Below the pieces are notes generated by a model, which was not told the origin of the DNA, searched no databases, and worked only from the letters and a program-made list of their open reading frames with translations. A stretch of DNA of 59,762 bases, counting the filler, from Sphacelaria rigidula (Eukaryota), in the NCBI GenBank assembly GCA_964200075.2. It is 6 parts of 6 records of this genome, joined end to end, with 100 filler letters (N's around TTAATTAATTAA, not from the genome) between each part and the next. Parts side by side here need not be neighbours in the genome. Positions count along the whole stretch, not along the records: positions 29,933 to 39,809 come from CAXNAA020007574.1; positions 39,910 to 49,786 come from CAXNAA020007575.1; positions 49,887 to 59,762 come from CAXNAA020007576.1; 3 more parts are not named here. One strand, written 5' to 3'. A program made the translations under genes and the position numbers. Of the stretch, positions 38,373 to 50,736 are shown piece after piece; position 1 is the stretch's first letter; every line of letters begins with the position of its first letter.

Positions 38373-38801
38373 CACCGCGACACCCCCGTTTCTCTCCCAG
38401 CATGGAGTTCAGTCACATGCAAGGTGCCCCCTTGGTATCGCAAAACCATCTTCCTCCGTGCGGGCATCACACCATATCGCCATAAAAGTCACTCCCCTCC
38501 CGCCTACAGAATGAGATACATCTTGGGGTACACAAATCTAAACGCAATTTGCGTATACGTCAACGCATCAAGTCCTACACGTGCACTCATTGTGCTGTGC
38601 TGTGCTGTGCTATGCTGTGCTGTGCTGTGCTGCACCGCAGGTGTACTGTACATGGAGGATGGAGGAACACGATACTGCAATGCCACACGCTCACGATAGG
38701 GACTCCGGCGGGTGGCGGAACACGCCACGCTTCAGGTCGGCCGTCGCTATCTTCTTGTCGTGGGTCGCCCTGCCTGTGGCTTTGCTTCCCTATCGCAGAT
38801 A
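33372..38801 (-). CDS. Tandem BTB/POZ-domain protein, internal exons (~38801-38695, 37872-37333, 36908-36774, 36358-36149, 35805-35504, 35280-35061, 34658-34526, 34309-34215, 33595-33372); first and last exons not resolved
   Basis: Phase-consistent GT-AG joins. First BTB tail GVPI|AILRLVISYLY...VARTLDLTRLQ|GLCE is followed by a BACK-like helix (LQRRCLEFC). The second BTB reads DFKIRAG...VTVHRCILAARSGFFRALLEGRMGDS...SALLQFLRFLYTG, then ELRAYC...NALPIV. One acceptor is GAG and one donor is weak (CG|gtgaca). Confidence 0.8.
33630..33708. repeat. (CA)n microsatellite (intronic)
   Basis: Directly visible. Confidence 0.95.
35366..35416. repeat. (GT)n microsatellite (intronic)
   Basis: Directly visible. 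Confidence 0.95.
38117..38371 (+). mobile_element. 5'-truncated RTE-LINE 3' end with (AATC)n tail, in a BTB gene intron
   Basis: AGGTCGGCCATTTCTTTCTGTGCTTTGC...CGTCTATCATGAGACCACGG...GTCAGTTAAAGTGCGAC(AATC)n is the reverse-complement homolog of 55677-55955. Confidence 0.8.
38592..38632. repeat. (GTGCT)n microsatellite
   Basis: Directly visible. Confidence 0.9.
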
Positions 38802-39679
38802 CTGCATGCTCATAGAGAGACGGACAGCGGGCGCTGACATGCGACAGAAGAGTCATAATGCCAGCCACAAAACACACGAGGAGAAATTCAGTGGCTGTGT
38901 GACGCAGTAAGTAGCTAGTCTGTCTCGATCGAGCGATACAGTTCGGGAGAGATGAGGAACAAGACTAACGTACTTGTACAGATCATAGACCTACGTTAAC
39001 GAACCCCCTGCAATATGAAAATCAGTGAGGAGATCGCGGAAAGGCGGGCAGCCCCCCCGACCGCCAGGGTGCTGGTATCCCCCCTCTCCCCAAAGGATCT
39101 TCTGAATGATGAGAATGATGAGAGCGAGTTTGTTCCGATTGTGCACTGTTAATCATTGAACGTATTTTTTCCTATTGTAACTTGCCATCCAGGCGCGTTC
39201 ATGCTTGCGGTTTGCAGTCGCAGCAGTCTGCAGCGTTGGTATACCCATACACAAGAAAATGACAATCCAAGAATCATGTGACCTTGATATCTGGCCAGAG
39301 ATACGCTACAGCAGAAGAACCCCATCCTCAGAATATAATCGCAGGTCCGATTACCCATTCGTTATAACCGACCAACGGTAATGTGCATCTCTGACACGGA
39401 TTCAAGTATACCTGCCGCTAAAGCGCAGTTAAAATAGAGTGCAGCTACTCCTGCATTCATGTAGAGTGATATCGAGGTTAGCCTATCGTACGGACAAGAG
39501 GTTGCAACGACGTTAACCCAGGACTGAGTACATATATCGACGATGCTTCAGTTTAGGGCCGGGAGAGCCTCCACTTTCGTGGCGCGTTGTAAAATTAATA
39601 GGTGCAACTTCACGACGAGAAATCAATTCTCTATTGGGACGAACGCGCTGAATCTTTCACTTTCTAGCCACCCTTCAAA

Positions 39680-39809
39680 TATTTCACACGTCGGACAGCT
39701 CATGAGCTACCGAAAATAACAAATCGAAGGGGACTCTCAGATTGCTCATCCAAAAACACAAATTACGTGACAGCAGGGCCCGAGAAGCCAAAGCGCTACC
39801 TTTGCGCTT
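39680..39809 (+). repeat. Dispersed repeat of unknown class
   Basis: CACACGTCGGACAGCTCATGAG...GTGACAGC...GAGAAGCCAAAGCGCYACCTTTG also occurs at ~53900-54015. Confidence 0.6.
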
Positions 39810-39909
39810 NNNNNNNNNNNNNNNNNNNNNNNNNNNNNNNNNNNNNNNNNNNNTTAATTAATTAANNNNNNNNNNNNNNNNNNNNNNNNNNNNNNNNNNN
39901 NNNNNNNNN
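39810..39909. other. Artificial contig linker
   Basis: N44-TTAATTAATTAA-N44. Confidence 0.98.
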
Positions 39910-40163
39910 CCTTGATCTTACCAGCATGTGCCAAATTATGTAAAAATTCTCCGCACGTCAACGCTCTGGCATATGAAACATTTGGCACATGCTGGTAAGA
40001 TCAAGGATGCCAGTCTCTCGAGAGTTTGGTAATCGACGAGCGGGGACACACATAAAGGGCACGGGCGAGGAGCTTTCTCTCTGTCGTTGCTTCTCTCTCT
40101 GGTGATTTCGTCATCGACACGCGTGTACACCGCATTTCGTTGGGTGCACCTAGCCGGAGTTGC

Positions 40164-40275
40164 TTAACCCTTGGACCGCGGTGCCCGTAGTCCATCTGGA
40201 CCACGCGTGTACTTTTTCCAAGTGAATATTAATGCCGATTCAGCAGGTGACCTGCTCTCGCCGTCTGACGGTCAA
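40164..40275. mobile_element. Mini piggyBac-like MITE
   Basis: TTAA|CCCTTGGACCGCGG...GACGG|TCAA. The body is homologous to the arms of 17717-19705. Confidence 0.55.
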
Positions 40276-40358
40276 GTCTTCCTGCGGAGTTTGGGGGGGG
40301 GAGATACTTTCGCTCTGTTTTACTCTTTCGTATCTTCCCTGCAATAGAGAATGCGACT

Positions 40359-42184
40359 TCAGCGCCATTTTAGTGTTGAACTCCAAAAATTAAAATCGGC
40401 TGTTATATGAGCAATATCACGCATCATTCGCTTACATTTACGATGGGACAACGGCAAATTGACCATCCGAAATCTACGATCCATCAACGCCTTATTAAAC
40501 GCTCTCACCGCACAATTCTTCATATGCCATCCCGTATCGCCGACCCATACCTCCGTCGACCCCATTGCTTTGGCTTTGAACCATATCAGAAAATGCTCCA
40601 CCTTCTTGCCTCCACACTAGACTTTGCGGGCTCCAACCACACGAAGTTGCTCACACCGTCTTTAATCGCCGAATTATCTTGGATTGGATCTCCGTCGTCC
40701 AACCCACCACTTCCCAGCTGACCACTTGCTCCATCGTTGGGGAAATTGAATTCCATCACCTCCTCCGGGCGAGTACCATGCACCTTATCCCCACTATGCA
40801 CCATATCCTTGTGGGGAGGGGGAATGTGCGCCCCCACCTTGGATTCGCTCTCCCCTCTCAAGCAGAATGTTTCCCGCCTTTCCATCGCCGCTCTTTCCAA
40901 GTTTGTCTGCAAACTGCAGTACAGTAACCCAAACGCCACCACAACTGCAATGCACGAAGCCAGCCACCCGGCCTTCACCGGATCGTTGCAATTGGGCTGG
41001 GTCTTCGTAGCCGTCGCCTGTGACTGTGGCTGCACCCTCAAAGGCGGTACGGCTCCACTCTCAGGAGCTTCCTCTTCCTCTCCACCTTTATCCTTCTGAC
41101 TCTCACTTTGAAATGACCACTCAGGGACGATCACCCGCCTAGCCGGAAGATAACTAGGGTTGCTCATGCCGATCTGCACCAGCACAGCACGCGGGCGTAA
41201 CTTTTCCAACGCCAGCGGATACAAATCTACCCCGAGTTCCTCCATTGTCGCCATGCCAAACAACACCACGTTGTCGTTGCCAGGCATGACCGCGGAAGTG
41301 ATTGGCGACATGTCCACCGCACCCCACGGCGTTCGCATGCTTACAGCAATGGGCATCGTTTTATGAGAAATAGTCACGGGCGCACCCGTGGCACTCTGTG
41401 CCATTTGGGGTCCATTTTCAAATGGTTGCTGTAGCTGGGCGTACCCAAACTGTGAAGACATCTGTTGCAGCAACCCCACACTTATTGATGTGATTGCTGA
41501 TCCAGAGTCGAGAAAAACTCGAGCCATAAAAGAACCAACAGAACCGGGTATAGATAGATCAGCGCGCAAACATTCTGCGCTGCGGTCGACAGGTACCACA
41601 CCTGCCGAAGAAAAACTCTGGTTAGTACCTAGAGTCACTCGACGCCAAGGCAGCGCTCCAGCACTTGACATCGATGTTTTTGCATTCGTCGCAACAGTGG
41701 AAGATACACTCGACACGAATCCTGCCGGGCCTATGGGTTGCGAGCCTTCCGCTCCAGCACTCCCCACCAAAGTATTATCTCCTCCCACATATGTTAGGCG
41801 CCCCGACAAAGATGAACCTAGAGATCTAGCGTCATCACTGGAAACCCCATTTAGGGATACAGCAGCGGCGGAATTACACTTCTCCGTCGCTTGGTTTCGT
41901 TTTTGGCCCCTGACTCTGCATCCGTATCTCTGGTTGCTCATACCTTGTCCGCCACAACGACCGCCTCGAGATCTTGACCCATCTCGCGCATTTCCTTGCG
42001 CGTTTCCTTTTGCGCGAGGCTCGGGGCAACTTCTCAAAGTACGCCCATGGTCTCCACAATTGTAACATCGGCGAGTGAACAACGCTCGCAAAGTCGGCAG
42101 CTGTTCCTGTTGCATATGCTCGTCATACTTTGACGATTCTAACGGTTTATCCCAAACCAGCGGCATCGTTGCCGCTTGAGCCAT
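40359..42184 (-). mobile_element. Ty3/Gypsy-derived gag-protease-integrase ORF lacking RT and RNase H (non-autonomous relic)
   Basis: 532-aa ORF with a degenerate zinc knuckle (CYNCGDHGRTLRSC) and an aspartic protease motif (VFLDSGSAIT). Integrase-like sequence follows (HGTRPEEVMEFNF...IKDGVSNFVWLEP, and frameshifted VWVGDTGWHMKN). No YxDD region. Confidence 0.7.
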
Positions 42185-42599
42185 GTTCTCTATGACTCAA
42201 AAATCACGGATAGATTCTTGCCTTACTTGAGCGTCCCGCCAGCGGAGTGTGTTCCTCCCAACGCTGTGCGCTGTAAGCCGTCGTCCGTCCGCGGGCTGAA
42301 CTAGCTCTATGCTGCAGCCCAATCTCTCCTTAGCCAAAACTCCTCTAACAGAGTGCCGAAGAATAATATCTAGATATTTTAGCCTCAACCAGACGATCTG
42401 GACAAGAGAGCTATTCAGTGAGGGACTTCTCCAGAATCCACTGGCCTCACGCTCGATAAGACCTTCTCTTAGANNNNNNNTGTCCTTGTCCCCTGGTCAT
42501 CATCCAGGATCCTACATGCTACATCTACTACGCCTTGGTGTATTTTGGCTACAGTACAAAAGGGTGCAGCGGTGCATGGCAGTGTCTATATTGGAATGT

Positions 42600-43450
42600 A
42601 TGAAGAAACTCCTGCAACTGTCAAGCTTCACACGGTCCGACTTCACGACCAGTGGTACCTGCAGATCATCGTGTCGCGAACATTACGCACTAAACCATTT
42701 CACGCAGTTCTTTTCCCCATGCAATCTATACATGACACCGTCTACGTGCTGCAGACCCGGTTGGACCTGTGTGGACGCCACACATCTCCACACCATTGTC
42801 TGCTGTGCATACGGGTGCACAGCAACAGTATTCTCGCGCCCAACGCGGTAATTTGTCACCTAAACGTCACCTTTTCAGCCATAAACCAGCGCCGACGCTC
42901 TTGCATTCTGCCAAGCTTCGCAGTGATTTCGCGTGTCGGACCTGCACTCCTTGGTGAGGAGCTCTCCGGTCGTGTGAAGTACAACTACTTTGCGGCTGGT
43001 TCCACGTGAAGTCTCATACTATGACTCTGGTATGCGGGCTTTTTCCTACTCATGACTTTTTTTCTTTCGGCGCAACACTGATACACCGAATTCGTTCGCA
43101 CCTAGCCACAACTACATCACTGCTGCAGACGTGTGGGGGGAAATATGATTTCGCTCTGTGTCACTGTTTCGCGTCACCCCTGCAAAAACGATATGCCACT
43201 TGAATCTCAATTTGGAGATCAACCCCATTTTCCAGGATCCACTATTTTTTGGTGCTTGCTAAAATACCGCGCGGTCACCACAGGCCGCGTCGTACGTAAC
43301 GACGTTGAGGAATTGTCATTGAAGTCGTGGAATATTTCGTTGCAAACATCTCCTCATATAGGACCATTACGTATCATGCTAGGATACATTGCTCCTCCGG
43401 ATCCGACCGTTCCGCCATGTCGATGTTTCGACCATTGGTACAGCCTACAG
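42600..43450 (+). pseudogene. Highly decayed Gypsy-like integrase relic
   Basis: Across frames: QIIVSRTLR, W...CCAYGC (HHCC-like), SRHPCKND (YHPQTNG-like). Weak. Confidence 0.3.
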
Positions 43451-44229
43451 GCTCAGAGTCCGCCACTCGTATTCTTCTTATCACTGCCTACAGCAGTTCT
43501 TGCGTACGATTACCCGCCTCTGAAATCGGTATGGTGCTGTTTTCTATTGATCAGGGACTGTTGATGACGAAGTGACGTGTCGGTGCACCCGACTGGGGTT
43601 TTTCCTCCAGTTTGTGTGCGCACCATCTCGCTTTCGTCCGAACGGACAAGTACCGTGAGAAGGGGACTGCGCTGGCCATCTCTCTCCGTGTATTTGTCGT
43701 GGCTCAGACACATGTTGGGCGATCCGCCTTGGATTTTTCTCCGATGGTTATGCATAACTCAACTGCTTTTTTTTCACGTTTACGAATACCTGTCACACAA
43801 GCAAAGTGAAGCATAGGTTAGGCGAGCAAGGTAGCCTCCAGATGGGTTGCATTGTGTACGCAAGGCATCCTAGGACCCCGTACCATAGTTTGCAACGGCT
43901 ACACTAATAATGCAGAAACTTGCCTGTTACGAGTTCGACGTAGTGGAGCGACGAGGCACGCACGCACAGCGTGCAGCATGTAGGTTATACTCGGTGAGGG
44001 AAGGGTGGTGTCGTATTCAGCGTCAGCAAATGTGAAGTGCAGCTCATTATCAAGTGGCGAATATTGCTCCCAGAGATCGTTTGGGGTTTGCTTCTCTTCT
44101 GAGCGGATAGGGATCACAGGCAGTCGTCTATCCCATGTTTTAGTGTCTCATCCTCGAGCGGGTTAAGGTCTCAGGACCCGCAGGTGAATCACTTCATAGT
44201 CTTGTCTACAGGGTCATTATTTACCCTGT

Positions 44230-45480
44230 AACATCGCCCCTAATAGATCTACCAAGTCGTTTGGCAGGCATACCTTATCGGGTTGAGACTAGCGCAACCA
44301 ACCATGGACCGTGTGACATTAAGGCGGGGCTTCGTACACGCTTCTCCATAGTTTCCCATGAGGAAAATACGGGATAGAGATCCGTTTCGGCTGCACCCAG
44401 TTTCGCACACACTTCCCTGTAGTTCCCTACAAAGAAACACGGGATAGAGACCCATTTCGGCTGCACCCAGTTTCATACACACTTCTCTATGGCTTTCCAC
44501 CGGGAAAGTACGGGATAGAGGCCCGTTTCGGCTGCACCCATATTCGGCTGTATCCGTGGGGCCAGGTGACTTTCTCATCTTCTACTGCGTCTCTGAGCTT
44601 GAGTGAATGTTCCACCCTTTCATCCTGTATCGGGTTCTCCACCTGCGAATCATTCACTCGGGGGAGGTGCGCGTCTCGTGGCATGGCTTTTGCTCCCTGG
44701 AGTTTGCAACCCGTTGTCGGTGTGTACTGGATACCACTTACTCTAAACTGCTATTTTTACGCAGTTCCCCCCTGCTGAATTCCGACCACTCGTCGTTCGG
44801 GTATCTCACGCGCCCCTATGGATCAAAGTAAGCATATAGCTCACCCGTCTCTACTCTATCGCCGACGTTCCCGGGACGTGTCTTATGATGCTTGCACTCC
44901 GTCTCTGTCGGACCTTTTGCTTGTTTCCCTGTTTGGCTTCCAGGACTACCTTAACCTGGTCTGGTTCATGTTCCCATGTTTGTTTCACGAAATCCTCTAA
45001 ACATAACGCGGTGTCAGTGCCGCTCACTTGTCGTACAAGAGTATCTAGGCCAGCCGGTAGAGGACGGTTAAAGAGTGTTTGGGATGGGGCATGTTGGAAG
45101 GGACGGATGGATCTGGGAGTGTACGTTTGGTCCAACACATTGGATCTACGTACCCGTCCCACTTGTCGGACAGTGTATAATGTATTCATACCCCTGCCCT
45201 CAAGGGTACCTTGACCTCCTGGGTGATTTGCGGATCGATAGTCCATTGATACATTGAGTCATATACATAAATACCTCACTCATGCTGCTGCGGGCTCCCT
45301 CCCTTTTGGCTGAAATTTAGTCTAGGCACAACGAACGTTTGACACAGGATCAATAGTAGGATGCGGGCCACCGGTATCGACTCTTTCGTCGGTCGGGGGT
45401 AGGCAAAATCGGTCTGGTGCCCAGTCGATAACCTACTTGTAGTATGTATCGAATACCGGATGTACATATGAAGTGAGCGT
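44230..45480 (-). pseudogene. Gypsy integrase relic (core and C-terminal region)
   Basis: FAYPRPTKESIPVARILL..CQTFVVP...SQKGG resembles the Gypsy integrase core. Downstream fragments include LFNRPL..GLD and SHGPWLV. Confidence 0.5.
44331..44541 (+). repeat. Three tandem ~70-bp units
   Basis: Each unit ends ACGGGATAGAG(A/G)YCCRTTTCGGCTGCACCCA; units start at 44331, 44401 and 44471. Confidence 0.85.
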
Positions 45481-46429
45481 CCTGGTAGTCAACCTCCAAT
45501 ATCAACCAGGGCTACGAAAGGCGACCCTTTACCATCGTTATAAGTTGAGACCGGCCTTTTCCCATACAACCGTATGATCGCGCGTACTCGCGGCAGTCTC
45601 TGTTCGTACTGTTCGAGCAGAAATGACTCTGCAAAAATAGCATGGCGTGTGCTAATTCAGTGTGGGCATATTTAGTGAGTACCAGTGCTGTCAGGTCACA
45701 CATCAGTTGTCGCTGGATGAGTTGACATATTATTATCACTGGTACCCACAACATACAATGATCGTCAGTGTTCAACACACCTGACAAATAACTGCAATAA
45801 GCGACTATACCTGGCTCAACACTTGCAGACATGAAACGCTGTGAGGCGGATCGTTCTCATCTTGTGAACAGTACAGTCAGAGGATAACATAGCTCCACAA
45901 AACCCAAACGTATAAGTTGTGAGATTGCAAATGGAATAAGCACTCGATGAGTAGATCTGGAACAATTTTACATTAAAAGAGCACATTAGTTAACTGTAAT
46001 GTAACAAGATATTGTGCCGGATACCAGTATTTCCACGATGAGTCGTCACGATAGAGTCGTGATACGGTCTTGGTATACCACACAGTTTAAAGAAGAACGA
46101 TTGCCATTCGTTGAGTGTGAAGCTATAGTGAAAACAGCATAATAAGCTAAATGAAACATAAAAACATCCGCACTGAAGATAAACACTGTAACGCCAGAGT
46201 GAAGCGTGGCACGCACAATGGACTAATGGCGGGAGAGACAGTTACGAAAGCGAAGGTTTGCTACAACGGTGGTGGAGACGATGCTAGTCGCAGGCAACAT
46301 CTTTTGAAAAGCTGACGCGGTTGCCGAAGGTCCAACATATCTGAGCGCAGTAAGTCGCTGTGCTGCTTGCGGGGTAGGCGCCTTGTGCTTCCGACATCTT
46401 GCTGCTTTGATATGGCGCACATATATGTA

Positions 46430-49400
46430 CATGTATCATTTCGCATTTTTCACCACGTTTGCCGAGTTTTCTCCGGCGGCAAAGCATCTTATACCGCGCT
46501 TTCTTTTGCAGACTAATGCCGAGATAGCCCCCCCACAAAAAGTGCACCGGAGACTGCCCGACAAACCGGCTGCGATCCCACTATTGGGCTCGTTTGCAGC
46601 AGTTTCGCTCATACGAGAGGCGTGTAGCGGTCCGAAATCAGCTATAACGCCCAAATACATCCCGTCGTGCAGCACGAAACCAGCTCTAACGGCATTCATG
46701 ATCATCGTCTTCGTGCACTTTTTGGCCGGTTCGGGGAAGGGCTATCTCGGCAGCAGTCTGCAGTGCACAAAGAAGGTGCAGCGGTACATTACCTGTGAGG
46801 TTTAGATGCCACGTGATACCGATGGCGCGTGTTCTGGGCATCGAAAGTTGTCCACACTGGCTCTATTTCCCGGGGTGCCGATCCCGAACCACAAAAGCCT
46901 CCTCAAGATCGAGCAAAACTCAAGAAAGGAACTAGAACCACAAAAGCGTGTTCATGGTGGGGTATTTCTTCACAGTGTGATTATCGAAATAGTTCATCGG
47001 TTGTCGGCATGAGTGCCATGAGTCGAGAGTAAAGCGCCAATTGAAGGTACCTTCGATCATTCGCTTTCACCTGGGCAAACATTCATCCCGTATGTTCTCT
47101 TCTTTGCTCCTATCACTGGCGTTTGCATCCAGCGACACGTCGACATCATACTGAGGGATATGAAGGGCATCAGGGACAAGCTACCACAGATAGCATGTAG
47201 TGCGTGGTGGAAGTACATTTAGGATTTGAAATAAATCATTTACTGACTGACCGCCTTAAGTTTTCACTGTATAATATCTACTCTCAAGCTCACTAAAAAA
47301 CACTGTTCATCCTGCATGCAGAGCTATTTGTTGAACTGTCAGTGTACCTTGGTAGCAACAGTTCATAACCGTCCTGCATGCAGAGCTACATCTTTTGAAC
47401 ATGAATCAGTAGTACGAATGCACTCTCCTGTATTGAGGACATACTATTAACAGGTGAGGTAGAAATAGTCCTGTATACAAGGCTGCACCTACCGTGCTGC
47501 TATTATACAACAGTCCAACTGATCATTTTCAAGAGACGTTTATTCGGGTGTTGACCTGGTGTTCAACGCATCACAATAGTCGGGGAAGAAACATTTACCA
47601 CCGTCATATCTATTAACCCTTTTGGAACCCTCTCCTCCTGTCCCCTGGCCAAACGCCTTACTATGAGAAGCTCTGACGAAGAGGAAAACACGGAAACAGA
47701 AAAGGCCGACGGCAACCATTTATATAATGGAAGCCCGAAGAAGAATGTCCTCCCTGGAGAATTTGGGTAAGGTCTGTCCAATCATACCACGCAACGGATG
47801 ACGTGTGTCCAATTATATCCATCGACAATCACTAGCAAAATCCCTGTGAAACACTCCACTAAAAAAATAGCAATGGGCTCCAGGGTCCAACCTGGCACGT
47901 TTGTATATTAGCATTTGTACATAAGGGAAGCACCGCTTTGACGGACTGCAGCATCGGGTGGCGAGTTTCCCAAGCCACGCCGTACATACAGCATAGTGTG
48001 GCTGAACCCAGCGAAATCCCGTCACCACATGTGGAAGGTACAGTGGGTTGTGCGGGCGGTACATGGCGGGCGTAATCGCAGGCGTCCGAAGAGGCGATAT
48101 ACATGTACACGGGAGGGAGCCAACGGGCACCGCCTACCGTAATCAGGCTAGCTGAAAAACACTACAGCCGGTATATACAGTAGGCTACAGTATTGACTTG
48201 CGGCTACACTCCGTGCAAGATAAACATGAGCATGTCGTGAAAAGTCGGCCACGAGAGTAGATGGCATGAGACGATAGCGGTAGCCGGCGTCATGAATCTC
48301 ATGCAGCATGAAGTATGTCTGTGCAACGGTCGGGAACGATCAACCCGCGGTATGGATGTGGTGTGGGGCAACTGTGCCTTTCGCTACGCCGTTTCATAAT
48401 AGTCAGCCCGAAGTATGATGTTGTCGGCACGTACTTGGCAGAGCGCAGTTCTGTGCATGCCCCGCGTTTTACAGAGATATTTTCAAAATACAATACAGAC
48501 ATGACACGAAGCAGGAAGGTATCACCTATGGGGCGACGGCACTTGGCAGACTCTACACCACGGTGACGGTGCAAAACTGCAGGGCACATGGCGTCTGCGT
48601 CGCCTTTACCGATTTTTCAAAGGGCGGGATGGTACTGTCGGAACGTGCATGAGCGCGATGTTGTGCATGACGTGAGTCTGCAGTCGAGATGAAACAGGGT
48701 TGCCAGAAAAAGGAGAACGTATTTTGAAATGAGAATCAACCGCTCCGCGGGATTGTGTCCATTTTTCGGATTTAGTTTCGCTCGGAAGCGCTTTCGTGGG
48801 CTTACTGTTGCCAGAAATAGTTGGGGCGGCTTTGAGCGGGTGACATGACTGCTGTGGTGATCGATGGCGGGAAACGTCGCGGGAGATGGATAGAAAACGT
48901 TTCCGGGAGGGGAGAATGGCTTCTTCGACACAGATTCTTGCTGGGAGTTTGCCTGGCTTAAAACGTTGATACTCTTTTAGTTCTTGAATGTATTTGAGGC
49001 GGTAGATAAGGATCCTGTCAAGAAAAAAATGATACACGGAGAAGGGATCCCCGACTCCGGGCAAAGCATCTGAATTTGGGCGGTAAGGGGGCAAGCGTGT
49101 GTCGGAACACATCTCCATGCGGGTTCACCGCTCCCAGGAACCACCGACGCTCTCCCGTGGCCGCCCCTCAATAACTTTATTTAAATGTCATAGGAAACTC
49201 TTGTTGAAGTCACGAACAATGAGCACACCATCAGGAAGCCGCGGTCGTGGCAGTCACCGTGCCTGGGACAGACGAAGTCACTACGCGGAATGTCACGCAA
49301 ACACTTTGTATCGAATCTATAAGCCCATGCAACACCGGTAACAAGTCGTCCCACTACTGACTCCTCCCTTGTCCCCTACGTGATCTGCTATAGGCAGCGG

Positions 49401-49680
49401 TCAACCGTACGCCAGGCGCTGGAGGAGCACGTGGCGAGTCACTGCGAGAGGGGTGCGGGATCGGGCCGGTGGCCCTCGTGGGAGGTGGAATAGTGGGAGA
49501 TGGAGCCAAATCTGATTGCTCTTCCCCTCGGCCCACCTCCGCTCGCCCCCCCCCCTCAACGTCGTCTGCATCCGACTCACTGTCGTCTGTCTCCTCTTCC
49601 TCCAGAGAGGAAGACGGAACGCTCTCTTCAACAGCCGCCCACACCCCACCTGGCAGTTTCCCGCTCTGAAGCAAGGAAGG
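46430..49680 (-). pseudogene. Possible intron-containing piggyBac-like transposase relic
   Basis: Ordered minus-strand fragments: acidic N-terminus (EEEETDDSESDADD), GDPFSVYHFFLDRIL, PTPHPYRG, PHVVT, RLARGQ...IDMTVVNVSS, FN...LD...LWF*F...LLDLEEAF, then Cys-rich LRCTFCG...VC...RCF. Many stops; motif matches are loose. Confidence 0.33.
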
Positions 49681-49786
49681 AAAGGTGAAACATACGGCTT
49701 TGATCGACTCCGTACTCTGATCCGGTGTGAGCTTGTTGTCCTGCTTGAGAAACTCTTGCGACCATACGCCCCTCCCGTACCTCGAC

Positions 49787-49886
49787 NNNNNNNNNNNNNN
49801 NNNNNNNNNNNNNNNNNNNNNNNNNNNNNNTTAATTAATTAANNNNNNNNNNNNNNNNNNNNNNNNNNNNNNNNNNNNNNNNNNNN
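49787..49886. other. Artificial contig linker
   Basis: N44-TTAATTAATTAA-N44. Confidence 0.98.
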
Positions 49887-50269
49887 AAGACAGATATGCC
49901 ACTTTAGCCCCATGTTTTGTATGAACCCCAAAATATAAAATCGGCTGTTAATTGTCGTTATTTCCCAGTTTCTCAAAGAATGTTCAAATTGGTTTTGCTT
50001 GCCACCACTCATCACAGTGACTGTTGGATGCCAAAAAATGAACATACGGAGATGTTTTATGCCTCTTGACAAATATTGAAAGAAAAATTATCTGCGATCA
50101 ATAATGAGTTACTTACGGGCTTGACCGATCTTCGGGGATCCCCAGGCTCTACCTTCTCGGTATTTTCGGTGGACCGATTCAATCCCAATCATATAAAAAA
50201 AGGCTAAAAAAATATTGATTTTTTAGAATTCCACCTAGTCACTACGCTAAAGCGGGAGCACTATGTTTC

Positions 50270-50736
50270 TTGGACCATTTACGGTCAATAATACCCTCCT
50301 GATAAACGGGGTCTTTACCCGGTATCGCCCCCACGACACCAACCTGGGCGATTGTGATTTGAGCACGGTTTGTTTGTTTTGCCAAAACTTTCGACGCTAG
50401 CACTTTCGAGTGCTCATGGACAATGTTATGCGAAAAAAAAACGAAAATAGGTCATTCGCAGAAAGTGCTAGACTGAGGTCTGTGCAGTACAGGAGGGAAA
50501 CACGATCTCGACCGTTATTGTGAAGAACTGTATACGTTTTCATTATCTGAATATTTACCGTTTCGTCGCTGATGAGCAGGAAAACTGCTGATATTGGACC
50601 AAAAATGGTCAATAACACCCTCCTGATAAACGGGGTATCAAGTCAGTATCGCCCCAAAAACACCAACTTGAGCTCTGCAGTTTGAGCGCGGCCTACGTTT
50701 TCTCCCTAAATTTACCGACGCTATCACTTTCAAGTA
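50270..50736 (+). repeat. Pair of diverged ~140-bp direct repeats (50270-50411, 50594-50735)
   Basis: GGTCAATAAYACCCTCCTGATAAACGGGGT...GTATCGCCCC...CACCAAC...CGACGCTAKCACTTTC occurs twice, ~325 bp apart. Confidence 0.7.

Noticed and set aside
39910-40006. 27-bp perfect inverted repeat at a contig start
   Set aside because: It begins at the first base of the contig, so a foldback read or assembly artefact cannot be excluded.
44331-44541. CRISPR-like repeat-spacer appearance
   Set aside because: There are only three units, the 'spacers' are homologous to each other, the context is eukaryotic and no cas genes are present.
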